A stretch of 64,000 nt of DNA from an uncultured Poribacteria bacterium (GTDB taxonomy: Bacteria > Poribacteria > WGA-4E > WGA-3G): positions 3,008,001 to 3,072,000 of the forward strand of contig OX638351.1 in NCBI GenBank assembly GCA_951813565.1. The letters run 5' to 3'. Shown piece after piece: positions 21,659 through 31,723 of the stretch. The notes under the pieces were generated by a model that did not search any database, had not been told where the DNA came from, and saw nothing but the letters and a program-made list of their open reading frames with translations. Position 1 is the first letter of the stretch, and every line of letters begins with the position of its first letter. The position numbers were made by a program, and so were the translations under genes.

Positions 21659-22681
21659 TCAATCGCTATCGTTTTGGTGAGTGTCTGCAAAGAGGTCTTT
21701 CCAAATCCGAATGTTTTTGTCTTTACCGCCACTGGCTAATGTTTTTCCATCAGGCGAATATGAGACACTATTGACCGCATCCGTATGCCCTTTCAACGTA
21801 TGACGATTTTCTCCGGTTTTCGGATTCCAGAGTCGTATTGTGCTGTCTTCACTTGCGCTGGCTAATATGTTTCCATCTGGTGAATATGAGATACTACGGA
21901 CTCCCGCTGTATGCCCTTCTAACATACGGATATGCACTAAAGTGCGCGCATCCCACAGACGTATAGTTTTATCCATACCACCACTGGCTAACGTCTTACC
22001 ATCAGGCGAATATGAGACACTACGGACTTCAGAGACTTCACCATTTTCGTTATGATATACGATCGGTGCGTCACCACTGGTTATCTCATCGCTATGCGGG
22101 CGTTGACGGCCCGTCTGTAGATTCCACAAGGTGATTCTACCATCCTCCGAACCAACAGTTGCTAACGTCTTCCCATCAAGCGAATACGAGATGCTCAAGA
22201 CGCTATCAATAAACCCTCTAAACTTGCGTATACGCTTGCCTGTCTGTGCATCCCACAATAAAATGGGAACCATCAGAGTACTACTCGTCAACGTCTTGCC
22301 ATCGCGTGAATACGAAACGGCTAAGACCTGCCACCTATCTTCTTTCAACGTACGGAGATGCTTTCCTGTCTGTGTATCCCAGAGACGTATAGTGCTGTCC
22401 TCACTCCCACTTGCCAACGTCTTGCCATCAGGTGAATATGAGATACTATTGATTACATCTGTATGCCCTTCTAACGTACGGAGATGTTTTCCTATCTGTG
22501 TATCCCATAGACGTATAGTTTTATCCATACTCCCACTGGCTAACGTCTTACCATCAGGCGAATATGCGATACTCGTGATCTCCGCTGTATGCCCTGAAAG
22601 TATTAAGTCTTGGGCGAAGGCAGTTGGGAGTGCAAACGCCATAAGAATTAGTAATGTTAACAAACTAAAACGGTTTTTCAT
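21659..22681 (-). CDS. Secreted WD40-repeat protein
   Basis: Signal peptide plus about seven GHT…SPDGKTLASGSxDxTIRLWD repeats. Confidence 0.95.
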   Translation of the reverse strand: MKNRFSLLTLLILMAFALPTAFAQDLILSGHTAEITSIAYSPDGKTLASGSMDKTIRLWDTQIGKHLRTLEGHTDVINSISYSPDGKTLASGSEDSTIRLWDTQTGKHLRTLKEDRWQVLAVSYSRDGKTLTSSTLMVPILLWDAQTGKRIRKFRGFIDSVLSISYSLDGKTLATVGSEDGRITLWNLQTGRQRPHSDEITSGDAPIVYHNENGEVSEVRSVSYSPDGKTLASGGMDKTIRLWDARTLVHIRMLEGHTAGVRSISYSPDGNILASASEDSTIRLWNPKTGENRHTLKGHTDAVNSVSYSPDGKTLASGGKDKNIRIWKDLFADTHQNDSD

Positions 22682-23030
22682 AATTACTCCTTGTGTTAAT
22701 TTAAATTATTATTGGGATTTCTCATAATTGATCTAAACCTAATGCCATCAATAGAAAACACTTAGACAGACATGAAAATGCGTCCAAGTTATGATGATTT
22801 TGTCTGCTTTTTCTGGAAGGAAACCTGCTTAGGAATACCGTTGTATCTCGGAGGTTTTTGGGTCTCGTCTCCCAAAATAACATCTTTCATAAAGTAAATG
22901 TGCATCAAAAGTGGAAATAAAGGAACATAAAGTAGCTCCTTTTCTTGCCCTATTGGACAATATCCTTTATGTTTTACTCAATATGACTTCAAGTCCAGTC
23001 CTGATGACATGTGAAAAGTATAACGAATAC

Positions 23031-23471
23031 CTAATAACGCTGCAGGTCCTGGTCAACCTCACTTGCCCACCTATCAATCCCGCCAGCGACGCTGAGTACC
23101 GATTTGAATCCAAGTTGTTGTAGGAGGTATGCGGCATCAAGGCTTCGCATGCCATGATGACAGTAAACGACGATCTCATCTACTGGTGAAAGTTCGCGAA
23201 ACCGCCTCGGCAACTCACCCAGCGGAATAGACACCGCTCCCTCAATGTGAACGAGTTGATACTCCCATACTTCTCTGACATCAAGTAAAACAAAATCCCT
23301 ACCAGCATCTACCATCTGTTTAAGTTCATTTGGTAGGATTGCGTAATCTTCAGGATCAAATGGCAGGATTGCCTCTTCTACACTTGGTGCTACCCGTGGT
23401 AGGAAGTTGTCTCGTGAGGTTCTGGCGGAATCCCAGAGTTTGTATAATAAGTTTTTGATCCGTTTAAACAT
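23031..23471 (-). CDS. Rhodanese-like domain protein
   Basis: LLDVRE, VVYCHHGMRS, GGIDRW. Confidence 0.9.
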   Translation of the reverse strand: MFKRIKNLLYKLWDSARTSRDNFLPRVAPSVEEAILPFDPEDYAILPNELKQMVDAGRDFVLLDVREVWEYQLVHIEGAVSIPLGELPRRFRELSPVDEIVVYCHHGMRSLDAAYLLQQLGFKSVLSVAGGIDRWASEVDQDLQRY

Positions 23472-23505
23472 TTCTTGCTCTTAGTTCAAAAGTAAGATAT
23501 GCCGA

Positions 23506-25539
23506 TTAAAATGTAATCGTCATGCCTAACGTAGGGATAATTGGGAGAAGGGGTTCTTCCTCAATCACACAGCCGGTAATAGCACCTGTTTCTTCATTTC
23601 GCACTTCACTGAACGCATACTGGTCAAGATTGGTGTGATTATAAAGGTTTAGTATTTGAAAATACCACGTGAGTGACCATCGCCTATACGGACTCCGCTT
23701 TGTAATCCGAAAATCGAGACTATGGAATGCTGGCAATTGCTCTGAATGTGTTTCACCGAATTGCCGGTCACAACCGATGCCCCCATTTGGCAACCAAACC
23801 TCTTCGTGAGTCAAAGGCGTTCTCGGATCGCCGGTATGAAAACGCCAACTGAGATAAAGATGCCATGTTGATGTAATCTGATGACTACTGCTCAGGAAAA
23901 TAGAATGCCGTCGGTCATATTGTCGAAAGATCGTTGTGTTTCCTGATGTTTCTTTTGCAATACCATAAGCGTAGCCGAGTCCCCATGTCAAACGTGGTGA
24001 AACTGCCTGCGTTGCAAATAGATCAAATCCTTTTGCATTAGCGGATTCTGGCGAGGTGAAAATCTGTGTTTGCCTTCCGAATTCTCTGAGTCTACCTACC
24101 AGATTATCAAATTTTTTATAGTATCCTTCAAGACGAATCAGAAAATTGTTGCCACGACTATATTCACAACCCAAAATGTAATGCGTTGCTTGTTCTGCCC
24201 GTCCGACGGTCTTTATACTATCTTCAACAGGTACTGACATCAGATCAACAGGTTGATGATAGATGCCCCATGCGCCTCGCAATACTAAGTTTTTCTTCGG
24301 ACTCACAGCGAGCGCCACACGGGGACCAATTTCATAGTTTTGAACATCTGCATTCCGATAGCTCTGAACGATATAGCGACCACCCACGTTGAGTGCGAGT
24401 TTCGGATGAATTTGCCACTCATCTTGCAAAAATAATTTGATGTCACTCCCGCTATCGTCAATATCTGCGTTAATCTGTTTATATCTGTTTATGCCCGCCT
24501 GCCGTTCTTGGACATCGTATTCGTATTGGGCAGCCGACCAACGCCACTCAACACCAGTACGGAACGTATGTTTTTCTAATCCGTTTACTGTTAGTTCTGC
24601 TTTTGTGCCCAAAAATCGGAAGTCGCGATTGTCAAAATCCGATTTTCCAGTTGTTCTCTCTTGGCTTGATGTGCCTCCAAAAACAAAGACATCTGTCCAA
24701 TACGAAGCGCCGAACGTATGTCGCCATTTTAGCCAAGTGGTCGAATTGTCGTATAGGGAATCCAAGTTGTTATCTACATCATCTACACGTATCAGATTTT
24801 TATCCCAACCGTACAACCCGTTAAGCGTTAGTGTGTCTGCCTCTGTTACCTGATATATCAGTTTTCCATAGATATCGGCATATTGCGGTTTATATTCTTC
24901 GTCAAGGTCTATGAGTGCAAGGATTAGGTCAACGTAACCACGACGTGCTGACAGCATCCATCCCCCTTTTTTAGAGATGGGTCCCTCCACCATAGCGGTT
25001 GCGTTGATAAGGTCTATCCCAAAATTTGCTGAGACCTTTTCTGTATTCGGTGTCTTGGTTGTCATATCAAACACGCCAGACATTTTTTGCCCATATTCTG
25101 CTGGAAATCCGCCCATCAGCAGATCAGCGCGTTGGATTAAACCGAGACCGACCAACGAAACAGCTCCGCCAAAATCTTGCAGATGATACGGATTATAGAG
25201 TTCCATTCCGTCCAATCTAATTGATACGCCATCCTTTTCTCCACCTCGTACACTGAAGCGCGCGCTATAATCGCTTGCAATGACTCCCGGTAAAATATGC
25301 CCTGAACGCATGATGTCGTTGTCTATCAAAGGAAACCTTTCTATCTCCTCCTTTGAGAGTGAGAGTTGCGGGATCGTGCCATCATAAATCATAAATCGGC
25401 CAGGGGTTACAACAATTTTATCAAGTTCTATCGGTTCTCGATTTTCTTGTGCATAAACCGTAAGAAAATGAGCGATTTGAAAAAAGAGAATATAAAAAAG
25501 GAGAAATTTGATGGCGCACAATCTGATGTTGGACATCAT
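23506..25539 (-). CDS. TonB-dependent receptor
   Basis: Plug SVRGG…LDGMELYNPYHL, GGFPAEYG; beta-barrel ending in F. Confidence 0.88.
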   Translation of the reverse strand: MMSNIRLCAIKFLLFYILFFQIAHFLTVYAQENREPIELDKIVVTPGRFMIYDGTIPQLSLSKEEIERFPLIDNDIMRSGHILPGVIASDYSARFSVRGGEKDGVSIRLDGMELYNPYHLQDFGGAVSLVGLGLIQRADLLMGGFPAEYGQKMSGVFDMTTKTPNTEKVSANFGIDLINATAMVEGPISKKGGWMLSARRGYVDLILALIDLDEEYKPQYADIYGKLIYQVTEADTLTLNGLYGWDKNLIRVDDVDNNLDSLYDNSTTWLKWRHTFGASYWTDVFVFGGTSSQERTTGKSDFDNRDFRFLGTKAELTVNGLEKHTFRTGVEWRWSAAQYEYDVQERQAGINRYKQINADIDDSGSDIKLFLQDEWQIHPKLALNVGGRYIVQSYRNADVQNYEIGPRVALAVSPKKNLVLRGAWGIYHQPVDLMSVPVEDSIKTVGRAEQATHYILGCEYSRGNNFLIRLEGYYKKFDNLVGRLREFGRQTQIFTSPESANAKGFDLFATQAVSPRLTWGLGYAYGIAKETSGNTTIFRQYDRRHSIFLSSSHQITSTWHLYLSWRFHTGDPRTPLTHEEVWLPNGGIGCDRQFGETHSEQLPAFHSLDFRITKRSPYRRWSLTWYFQILNLYNHTNLDQYAFSEVRNEETGAITGCVIEEEPLLPIIPTLGMTITF

Positions 25540-25623
25540 GCAGCCTCACTGTTTGATTTGAAGGTTACGTGAAGTATAACATCTTTTAAGAATAAGTGTC
25601 AATAAATTTTATAATAAATGATT

Positions 25624-25717
25624 GGGTGTGTAAAGTTTTTGTAGAAATCCGCCCTACAGTGGAAAACGCCGCGTAATCATGCAAATTGAACCTATGTAAC
25701 CAAATATTTACACACCC
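25624..25717. mobile_element. 94-bp MITE, IS256-like ends
   Basis: IR gggtgtgtaaa/tttacacaccc; 8-bp TSD aaatgatt. Confidence 0.8.
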
Positions 25718-25733
25718 AAATGATTCCACAACA

Positions 25734-25762
25734 TTGACATGTGTTATGTTCCATGCTATACT
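25734..25762 (+). promoter_or_regulatory. Sigma70 promoter of the MNT-HEPN locus
   Basis: TTGACA-17bp-TATACT with TGn. Confidence 0.6.
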
Positions 25763-25783
25763 TCCAAAAAGGAGAAATGGCTT

Positions 25784-26323
25784 ATGGTTACGCAAAAAGA
25801 CATTCAAGCCACCTGTGACGACATTGTCCGTGAATTTGCGCCTCTACAGGTTATTCTGTTCGGCTCCTATGCTTATGGCAGCCCAACGGAAGACTCGGAT
25901 GTTGATTTGCTGGTAGTGATGGATATTCCGGAATCTGATACGCGTCGCCAGGCAGTGGAAATTCAGGAACGTATTCCTCGTCGCTTTAGTATGGATCTGC
26001 TTGTCCGTTCACCTGAAGAGATCGCCTATCGAATTTCTCATAACGACTGGTTCCTTCGTGAGATCACTGAAAGAGGCAAAGTGCTTTTTGGAAATGTTCG
26101 TTTTTTCAAGATACCTTATACGAAAAAAGAGGGAGGTATGAATCCATTAACGCTGGAGTGGGTAGAAAAAGCTGAGGACTTTTATAACTTAGCAAAGGGA
26201 ACCAACACCAGCAAAATCCGATCCATGATATTACCTACTTCTATGCCCAACAGTGTGCCGAAAATTATCTTAAGGCTTGGTTGCAAGAAGCAAATATTCC
26301 CTTTCCAAAGACACATAATATGA
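25784..26323 (+). CDS. Minimal nucleotidyltransferase (MNT) running in frame into the HEPN start
   Basis: ILFGSYAYG, DSDVDLLVV; no stop before MNPLTLEW. Confidence 0.8.
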   Translation: MVTQKDIQATCDDIVREFAPLQVILFGSYAYGSPTEDSDVDLLVVMDIPESDTRRQAVEIQERIPRRFSMDLLVRSPEEIAYRISHNDWFLREITERGKVLFGNVRFFKIPYTKKEGGMNPLTLEWVEKAEDFYNLAKGTNTSKIRSMILPTSMPNSVPKIILRLGCKKQIFPFQRHII

Positions 26324-26535
26324 ATGAATTGTTAATGCTAATTGTGCCTACGATTCCTGCTTGGTCAGTTTGGGAGACAGCTCTATCAACGCTTTCCAAA
26401 AATGCAGTGGACTTTCGCTATCCGGGCAAGTGGGCAACAACAGGCGACATGGAGTATGCAATGCAGATCTGCAATCAGGTTCGCCAAGCAATTCGGGAAG
26501 CGTTGAAATTGCCGAAAAATCAATTAGAAAGGTAG
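26138..26535 (+). pseudogene. HEPN-domain gene, frameshifted near 26200
   Basis: RBS ggaggt + MNPLTLEWVEKAE; another frame continues AQQCAENYLKAWLQEANIPFPKTHN…FRYPG. Confidence 0.8.
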
Positions 26536-26544
26536 GTTTAGCAC

Positions 26545-27360
26545 ATGAGTGCAGGAACAACAATAAATATCCCCAAATTAGAACTCTCTGCGGAGGAACG
26601 CGCTGAAAGTAAACCGACACATGAGAGCATTGATGCTGCCACTCGTCTGTTACGTGAGGCAGGATTAGTTGTCATTGAAAGCGTTCTTCCCCGCGATTGG
26701 ATTGAAGAAGTTAACACTGCAATGCAAACAGTGCTTGATAGAGAAGAAGATGATCATAACGGCCCAAACCCGATGTTAAAAATGCCGTTTATGGATGCGC
26801 GTATCATTGACAACCCGTTTGCAATGCCAATAATGAAAGCTGCAATGGGCGATAAGATTTTTGCATATTTGCCCTACGGGTGCAATGCAACTACCCCTGG
26901 TAACGAGATACAATGGATTCATCGCGATTCTGGACAACTTTTCCCTGAATTGCCGTTCGCGCTACCTGTTTCAACAATCGTTGTGAATATCCCACTTGTT
27001 GATTTTACGGTGAAAAACGGTGCGACAGAGGTTTGGCCTGGATCACATCTCATCATTGATGATGAGGCAGTACGGAATACGCCTTACAACGTCTGTGATG
27101 AGGCTCGCGCTGCAAAAATGCCTTCTTTTCAGTTAGTTATGCCTGCGGGTTCTGTCGTGGTGCGTGATATGCGGTGCTGGCATCGCGCAATGCCGAATCG
27201 GTCGCAAATTCGGCGTCCTATGCTCGCCCTCGTCTATTTCCGAAGGTTTCATCATTCGCCTGATGCTCCAGGAATATTTAGGGCAAAGGTTTCAGAAGAT
27301 ATATGGACGAACATGTCCGAAAATGCACAAGAGGTCTACCGTTTTCAGGCACACGATTAA
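26545..27360 (+). CDS. Phytanoyl-CoA dioxygenase (PhyH) family protein
   Basis: QWIHRD, NGATEVWPGSH, WHRAMPNRS. Confidence 0.9.
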   Translation: MSAGTTINIPKLELSAEERAESKPTHESIDAATRLLREAGLVVIESVLPRDWIEEVNTAMQTVLDREEDDHNGPNPMLKMPFMDARIIDNPFAMPIMKAAMGDKIFAYLPYGCNATTPGNEIQWIHRDSGQLFPELPFALPVSTIVVNIPLVDFTVKNGATEVWPGSHLIIDDEAVRNTPYNVCDEARAAKMPSFQLVMPAGSVVVRDMRCWHRAMPNRSQIRRPMLALVYFRRFHHSPDAPGIFRAKVSEDIWTNMSENAQEVYRFQAHD

Positions 27361-27387
27361 GAAATCATTGTATTATAAGAGGAATTT

Positions 27388-28284
27388 ATGGAACGCACAC
27401 TGCTTATTCATCCAGATATGTCCGATATTGATAGAGAACATGGATTTTCCAATATCAACGGGCCTTCGCTTGTTCGCGTGCCAGAATGGGTAGAAAACCC
27501 GTTAGGCAAATATTATCTCTATTTCGCACACCATCGTGGCGCCTATATCCGTTTAGCGTATGCTGATGAGGTTGAGGGTCCGTATACCGTCTATCGCCCT
27601 GGCACACTGCATCGTGATAACACAGTCTTTAAAGGATGTGATCATATCGCTTCGCCAGATGTCCATATAGACGAGGATAACAAACGTTTTATTATGTATT
27701 TTCACGGCAATTATCGTGGTGGACAGGCAACTTGTTGGGCAACCTCCTCCGACGGCATCCATTACACGGCATCTGAAACGTTAGAGAAACAGCAGGGACC
27801 CTATTTCCGTGTCTTTTGGTGGAAGGGTCTTCCTTACGCAACGAATCATAACATGCTGAACCGCGGTAAAACTGCTGAATGGACGACTGTGTTTGAAAGG
27901 CGTGACACTCCGCTCTTTCCCGGGGAACCGGGTAAAGGTAGGGATGGCACCCCGCGCCACACAGCGAACCACCTTGTCGGAAATACGCTGATCGTTTATT
28001 ATTCGCTTTATGGTGGGACGCCGGAACGTATTTTAAAAAGCACAGTGGAGCTTACAGAAGATTGGAATGATTGGTATCCCTCTCCACCGACAGAGGTTAT
28101 CGCACCAAAATACGAATTTGAGGGTGTGGATATACCGATTGTGCCTTCAACGAATGGACTTGACAGGGAGCGGGTGCATCAACTTCGTGACCCCGATATC
28201 TACTGTGAAGGCGAAGATACTTGGCTTCTCTATTCTGTTGCTGGTGAACAGGGGATTGCGATTATGAAACTTGCTTCTGGATAA
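27388..28284 (+). CDS. Beta-propeller glycoside-hydrolase-like protein
   Basis: YYLYFAHHRG, HIASPDVH, QLRDPDIY. Confidence 0.6.
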   Translation: MERTLLIHPDMSDIDREHGFSNINGPSLVRVPEWVENPLGKYYLYFAHHRGAYIRLAYADEVEGPYTVYRPGTLHRDNTVFKGCDHIASPDVHIDEDNKRFIMYFHGNYRGGQATCWATSSDGIHYTASETLEKQQGPYFRVFWWKGLPYATNHNMLNRGKTAEWTTVFERRDTPLFPGEPGKGRDGTPRHTANHLVGNTLIVYYSLYGGTPERILKSTVELTEDWNDWYPSPPTEVIAPKYEFEGVDIPIVPSTNGLDRERVHQLRDPDIYCEGEDTWLLYSVAGEQGIAIMKLASG

Positions 28285-28395
28285 GACTGCGGAGTTTTCG
28301 GTTTTTGCCCATTTTAGTTGGAAAGTCGCGACCGGGAGGTCGCTCCTACGAAAGAAGCGTTAAACAAGAGAAACTGCAACATAGTATTACGTCTT

Positions 28396-28588
28396 GGGCA
28401 TGTAAAGTTTTTTGCATGAATACTTTTTCTTTTGTTGGAGTAAATCAACGCTATGAATGCCTTATGCGCATTTGGCGTTGATTTGGCAGCATGCCATACG
28501 CGCATGCTGCGTTGATTTGGATTTATCGGGCTTACAAAGCCCTCCAACAAGAAAATGGCATGGTTAATGCAAATATATTTACACACCC
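28396..28588. mobile_element. 193-bp MITE, IS256-like ends, carrying hairpin micro-elements
   Basis: gggcatgtaaa/tttacacaccc; 9-bp TSD ttacgtctt. Confidence 0.8.
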
Positions 28589-28598
28589 TTACGTCTTG

Positions 28599-29753
28599 CT
28601 ATTCAGGCACTAAGGCACGTAACCGATTAACTACCTTTATTACTTCATCGGCGACGATGTCAACCTCTTCTGCTGTGTTGTAACGTCCTAAACCGAAACG
28701 GATAGTTGTCAACGCTAAATCATTTGGGATTCCCATTGCGACTAATACGTGCGATGGCGTAACAGATTCGGAATCACACGCTGAACCTGTTGATACGGCA
28801 ACACTCTTGAGTCCCATCAAAAGTGCATGGCTTTGCACTCCCGCGAAACAGAGATTCAAGTTTCCCAGTAAACGTTTTTCGGGATGACCGTTGAGGTGGA
28901 TATCTGTTAACTGAGATACTAATTTCTGGTGCAGTGTGTCGCGTAAAGGCCTAACTACTTTTTCCTCCGTTTTGATCTCCATCGCATTTTGACACACTTC
29001 GCACGCTGCACCTAAACCGACAATCCCTGCTACATTCAGTGTACCTGGTCGGATACCTGCTTCCTGACCGCCGCCGTAGAAAAGTGGTTTCAGCCGTTTT
29101 TCACCTCGAATGTAAAGCGCACCGACACCTTTTGGACCATAAACCTTATGTGCGGTAATTGACGCCATATCAAGCCCTAATACATCCATATTCGATTCAA
29201 GTTTACCGATACCTTGTACCGCATCTGAATGAAACAGCACTCCATGCTTTGAAGCAATGTTGGCTATTTCACGAAGTGGGTTGATAGTGCCTACTTCGTT
29301 ATTGGCGTACATAAAACTCATTAGAATAGTTTTTGGAGTAATTGCGGCTTTTACATCGTCGGGATTCACCATTCCGTATTTGTCAACCGGCAGATATGTG
29401 GTTTCAAAACCCCCTGTATCTAAAGCGTGGCATGTATCAAGGACAGCGTGATGTTCAGCGGTGCTGGTGATGATATGATTCCCCTTATCTTCATAGGTGT
29501 AAGCAGCACCTCTGATGGCAAGGTTATCCGATTCCGTCGCTCCACTTGTGAAGATAATCTCTTCTGGTAGGCAACCGAGCAGATTTGCAACTTGATGCCG
29601 CGCTTTGTCCACTGCATTTTTGGCAGTAACGCCGAATGGATGTGTGCTTGCGGCATTGCCGAAGTGTGTCGTTAGATACGGTAGTATCGCATCTAACACT
29701 TCGGGCGCAATCGGTGTTGTTGCATGGTTGTCCATGTAGATGAGTTTATTCAC
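28599..29753 (-). CDS. iscS: Cysteine desulfurase (IscS/NifS)
   Basis: YMDNHATTP, FTSGATE, HKVYGPKG, STGSAC; start reassigned to GTG 29753 because the upstream extension is REP sequence. Confidence 0.9.
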   Translation of the reverse strand: MNKLIYMDNHATTPIAPEVLDAILPYLTTHFGNAASTHPFGVTAKNAVDKARHQVANLLGCLPEEIIFTSGATESDNLAIRGAAYTYEDKGNHIITSTAEHHAVLDTCHALDTGGFETTYLPVDKYGMVNPDDVKAAITPKTILMSFMYANNEVGTINPLREIANIASKHGVLFHSDAVQGIGKLESNMDVLGLDMASITAHKVYGPKGVGALYIRGEKRLKPLFYGGGQEAGIRPGTLNVAGIVGLGAACEVCQNAMEIKTEEKVVRPLRDTLHQKLVSQLTDIHLNGHPEKRLLGNLNLCFAGVQSHALLMGLKSVAVSTGSACDSESVTPSHVLVAMGIPNDLALTTIRFGLGRYNTAEEVDIVADEVIKVVNRLRALVPE

Positions 29754-29953
29754 GAGGAAAGTTCCTTTTTCAAAAGCGCGCTTACAAAGCGCCCCTACCG
29801 TTGGGAGAGTAATCGGGGTTGGAAACCCCTCCCACAAGAGGCGCAATGAATTGCGCGACTACAAACACACTAACTTTAGAGAAAATACCTATGTATGTCT
29901 ACATTCATTAAAATACTTTGAGTGAACGGCACAGTGGAGTGTGCCTACTACCA

Positions 29954-30994
29954 CTATTTAAGACGTTCTCTAAACATGTCCATTAGTCCGTCTGGTGGAT
30001 CAAACGGCAGTTCGATAACGGTGTTAGTTAAACCGCTATAATAGATACCGAGTAGCAGATTGAATTCGGCAAGGGATTGCGGTAGGTTTGTCGGGTGAAC
30101 CTTGCTTTCATCATCCAACCAATCAAACATAGCTTCTGTTAAATTGGTTTGCGCGACAGCATTTTGGTCACCGTAACTAAGGTCCCCACCTTCATAACCA
30201 CCTTCTGGTGTGTAACGCTCCCAACTTTCAAAACGCCAGTGGACGAACCCTTTTTCGCCAAATACACAAACGCGCTTATGTCTACTACTCCCTGTTTCCG
30301 GTAGGACACGCGGTGCCATCTCCGGGCCGAAGGCGACAGAGGTTTGTACACCGTTTTCGTAAGTAACTAACCCGGTAGCATTTGCTGGTGAAGGTTGTGC
30401 GCTATCCAAATTACCCGCGCCTGCGATTTGTCCCATCACCTTTACTGGTTGGGAGTTGTCAATATAGGAGGAGACTAACTGAAGCACGTGTGGTGCTTGG
30501 TCTACGGGTGGGTTACGCGCGCTTGCTTCAATAAATTTAATCGCACCTATTTTACCTTCTGAAACATCTTGTTTCAATTCAAGGTTTTTGGGATGAAAGT
30601 TGAGTTGTGTGTTGATAGCAATTTTTGTTTTGGTGCGTTTGGAGAGTTCGTAGATTTGCCGCCAGTCTTCACTCTCAACAGCAATCGGTTTTTCAATAAC
30701 CACTGCTGGTACACCGTGTTCTGAAGCCTGATTTAGTAATGGATACCGAATCCGTTCATTTGTGCCGCGCATCACCGGTGCGGTCACGATATGTAACAAA
30801 TCTGGCTTTTCCTTGGAGAGCATCTCATCAAGGTCGGTGTAGCGGACATCTATATCAAATTCGTCACCGAATCCGTTCAGTAGGTCTTCCTTCATATCGC
30901 AGATAGCGGCGAGTTTTCCACCTTTAACATTAGCATAAGCGCGGGCATGGGCGCGGGCACGTCCTCTACACCCTAAAATTGCACACTTGTACAT
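29954..30994 (-). CDS. Gfo/Idh/MocA oxidoreductase
   Basis: AILGCRGRA, IEKP. Confidence 0.85.
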   Translation of the reverse strand: MYKCAILGCRGRARAHARAYANVKGGKLAAICDMKEDLLNGFGDEFDIDVRYTDLDEMLSKEKPDLLHIVTAPVMRGTNERIRYPLLNQASEHGVPAVVIEKPIAVESEDWRQIYELSKRTKTKIAINTQLNFHPKNLELKQDVSEGKIGAIKFIEASARNPPVDQAPHVLQLVSSYIDNSQPVKVMGQIAGAGNLDSAQPSPANATGLVTYENGVQTSVAFGPEMAPRVLPETGSSRHKRVCVFGEKGFVHWRFESWERYTPEGGYEGGDLSYGDQNAVAQTNLTEAMFDWLDDESKVHPTNLPQSLAEFNLLLGIYYSGLTNTVIELPFDPPDGLMDMFRERLK

Positions 30995-31214
30995 ATTATT
31001 CTCCTTTACTTGAGTTCAAAACAGTATAATAGAAAAAGAACCGCTTTGGTGAAATGCGTAGGCTTAATCATTATCAAAAGAAGTTCTCAATGAACATTAT
31101 AGCACTTTATTGTGAAATTGACGACTTTTTTCGAATTCCCTTTGAAAACAGAAGGCACAACGCGATCTGCTGATTTCCGATCCATCGAAAAAAGTTTTTT
31201 TTATTTTTTTTCGC

Positions 31215-31252
31215 AATACTATGCAAAAGTGCATCCGAAAATGTGTATAGGT
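31215..31252 (+). promoter_or_regulatory. Conserved 38-bp upstream motif, copy 1
   Basis: aatactatgcaaaagtgcatccgaaaatgtgtataggt, identical at 33834-33871. Confidence 0.75.
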
Positions 31253-31319
31253 GAATCATTATCATTTTTTGATAATGGTATCCTATTACCGCTGAATTGC
31301 GGAAAAGGAGGTATTTGTT

Positions 31320-31352
31320 ATGTTAGCAAATCAGAGGAGGTGTGGCACTTAG
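31320..31352 (+). CDS. Putative leader peptide MLANQRRCGT
   Basis: Strong RBS aaggaggt; overlaps a 22-bp hairpin. Confidence 0.5.
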   Translation: MLANQRRCGT

Positions 31353-31387
31353 TGTTACGCCCTTTGGTGTGGCACTAAGTGTCGCAC
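31340..31387 (+). other. 22-bp RNA stem-loop
   Basis: All five non-Watson-Crick positions are G·U pairs on the + strand. Confidence 0.75.
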
Positions 31388-31397
31388 ACTTTCTGAC

Positions 31398-31431
31398 GGG
31401 ACAGAGGTTTATCCTCTGTCCCCAATTTTTT
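31398..31431 (+). terminator. Intrinsic terminator
   Basis: gggacagagg/cctctgtccc stem followed by a T-run. Confidence 0.75.
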
Positions 31432-31505
31432 GTGCACCTGAACCTTTTACCACGGTTTCTATAAATCTTTATTGAAAATTAAGTGAATGCGTCTTGAATA
31501 CTTTA

Positions 31506-31532
31506 AAAAGTGCATCCAATAATGTGTTAAGG
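31506..31532 (+). promoter_or_regulatory. Conserved motif, degenerate copy 2 upstream of infA
   Basis: aaaagtgcatcc-aat-aatgtgt-taagg, same spacing as copy 1. Confidence 0.6.
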
Positions 31533-31723
31533 CAAAACTACTTAAGAATTAACAACCTATTCTTCATTCGCACCTGTCCATAAAATCCATCACATAATGA
31601 ATCATAGGTACGTAGTGTTTTTAGGAATCGACGCCGAGAATTTACGTCTTAGCAAATAATCTGCAAATGATTGAATTGCGCATTTACGTTGAAACGACTT
31701 GTTAAATAGAAGGAAGTAAAAAG

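Noticed and set aside
22131..22727. Long antisense ORFs (also 3719-4195, 45252-45893 alternative frame, 48220-49254, 56149-56640)
   Set aside because: Shadows of well-supported genes with no independent motifs.
29754..29846. N-terminal extensions in the ORF track for iscS, copA, glpK, rsgA and the GNAT
   Set aside because: They run through REP or intergenic sequence or the upstream gene; downstream starts fit the family N-termini.
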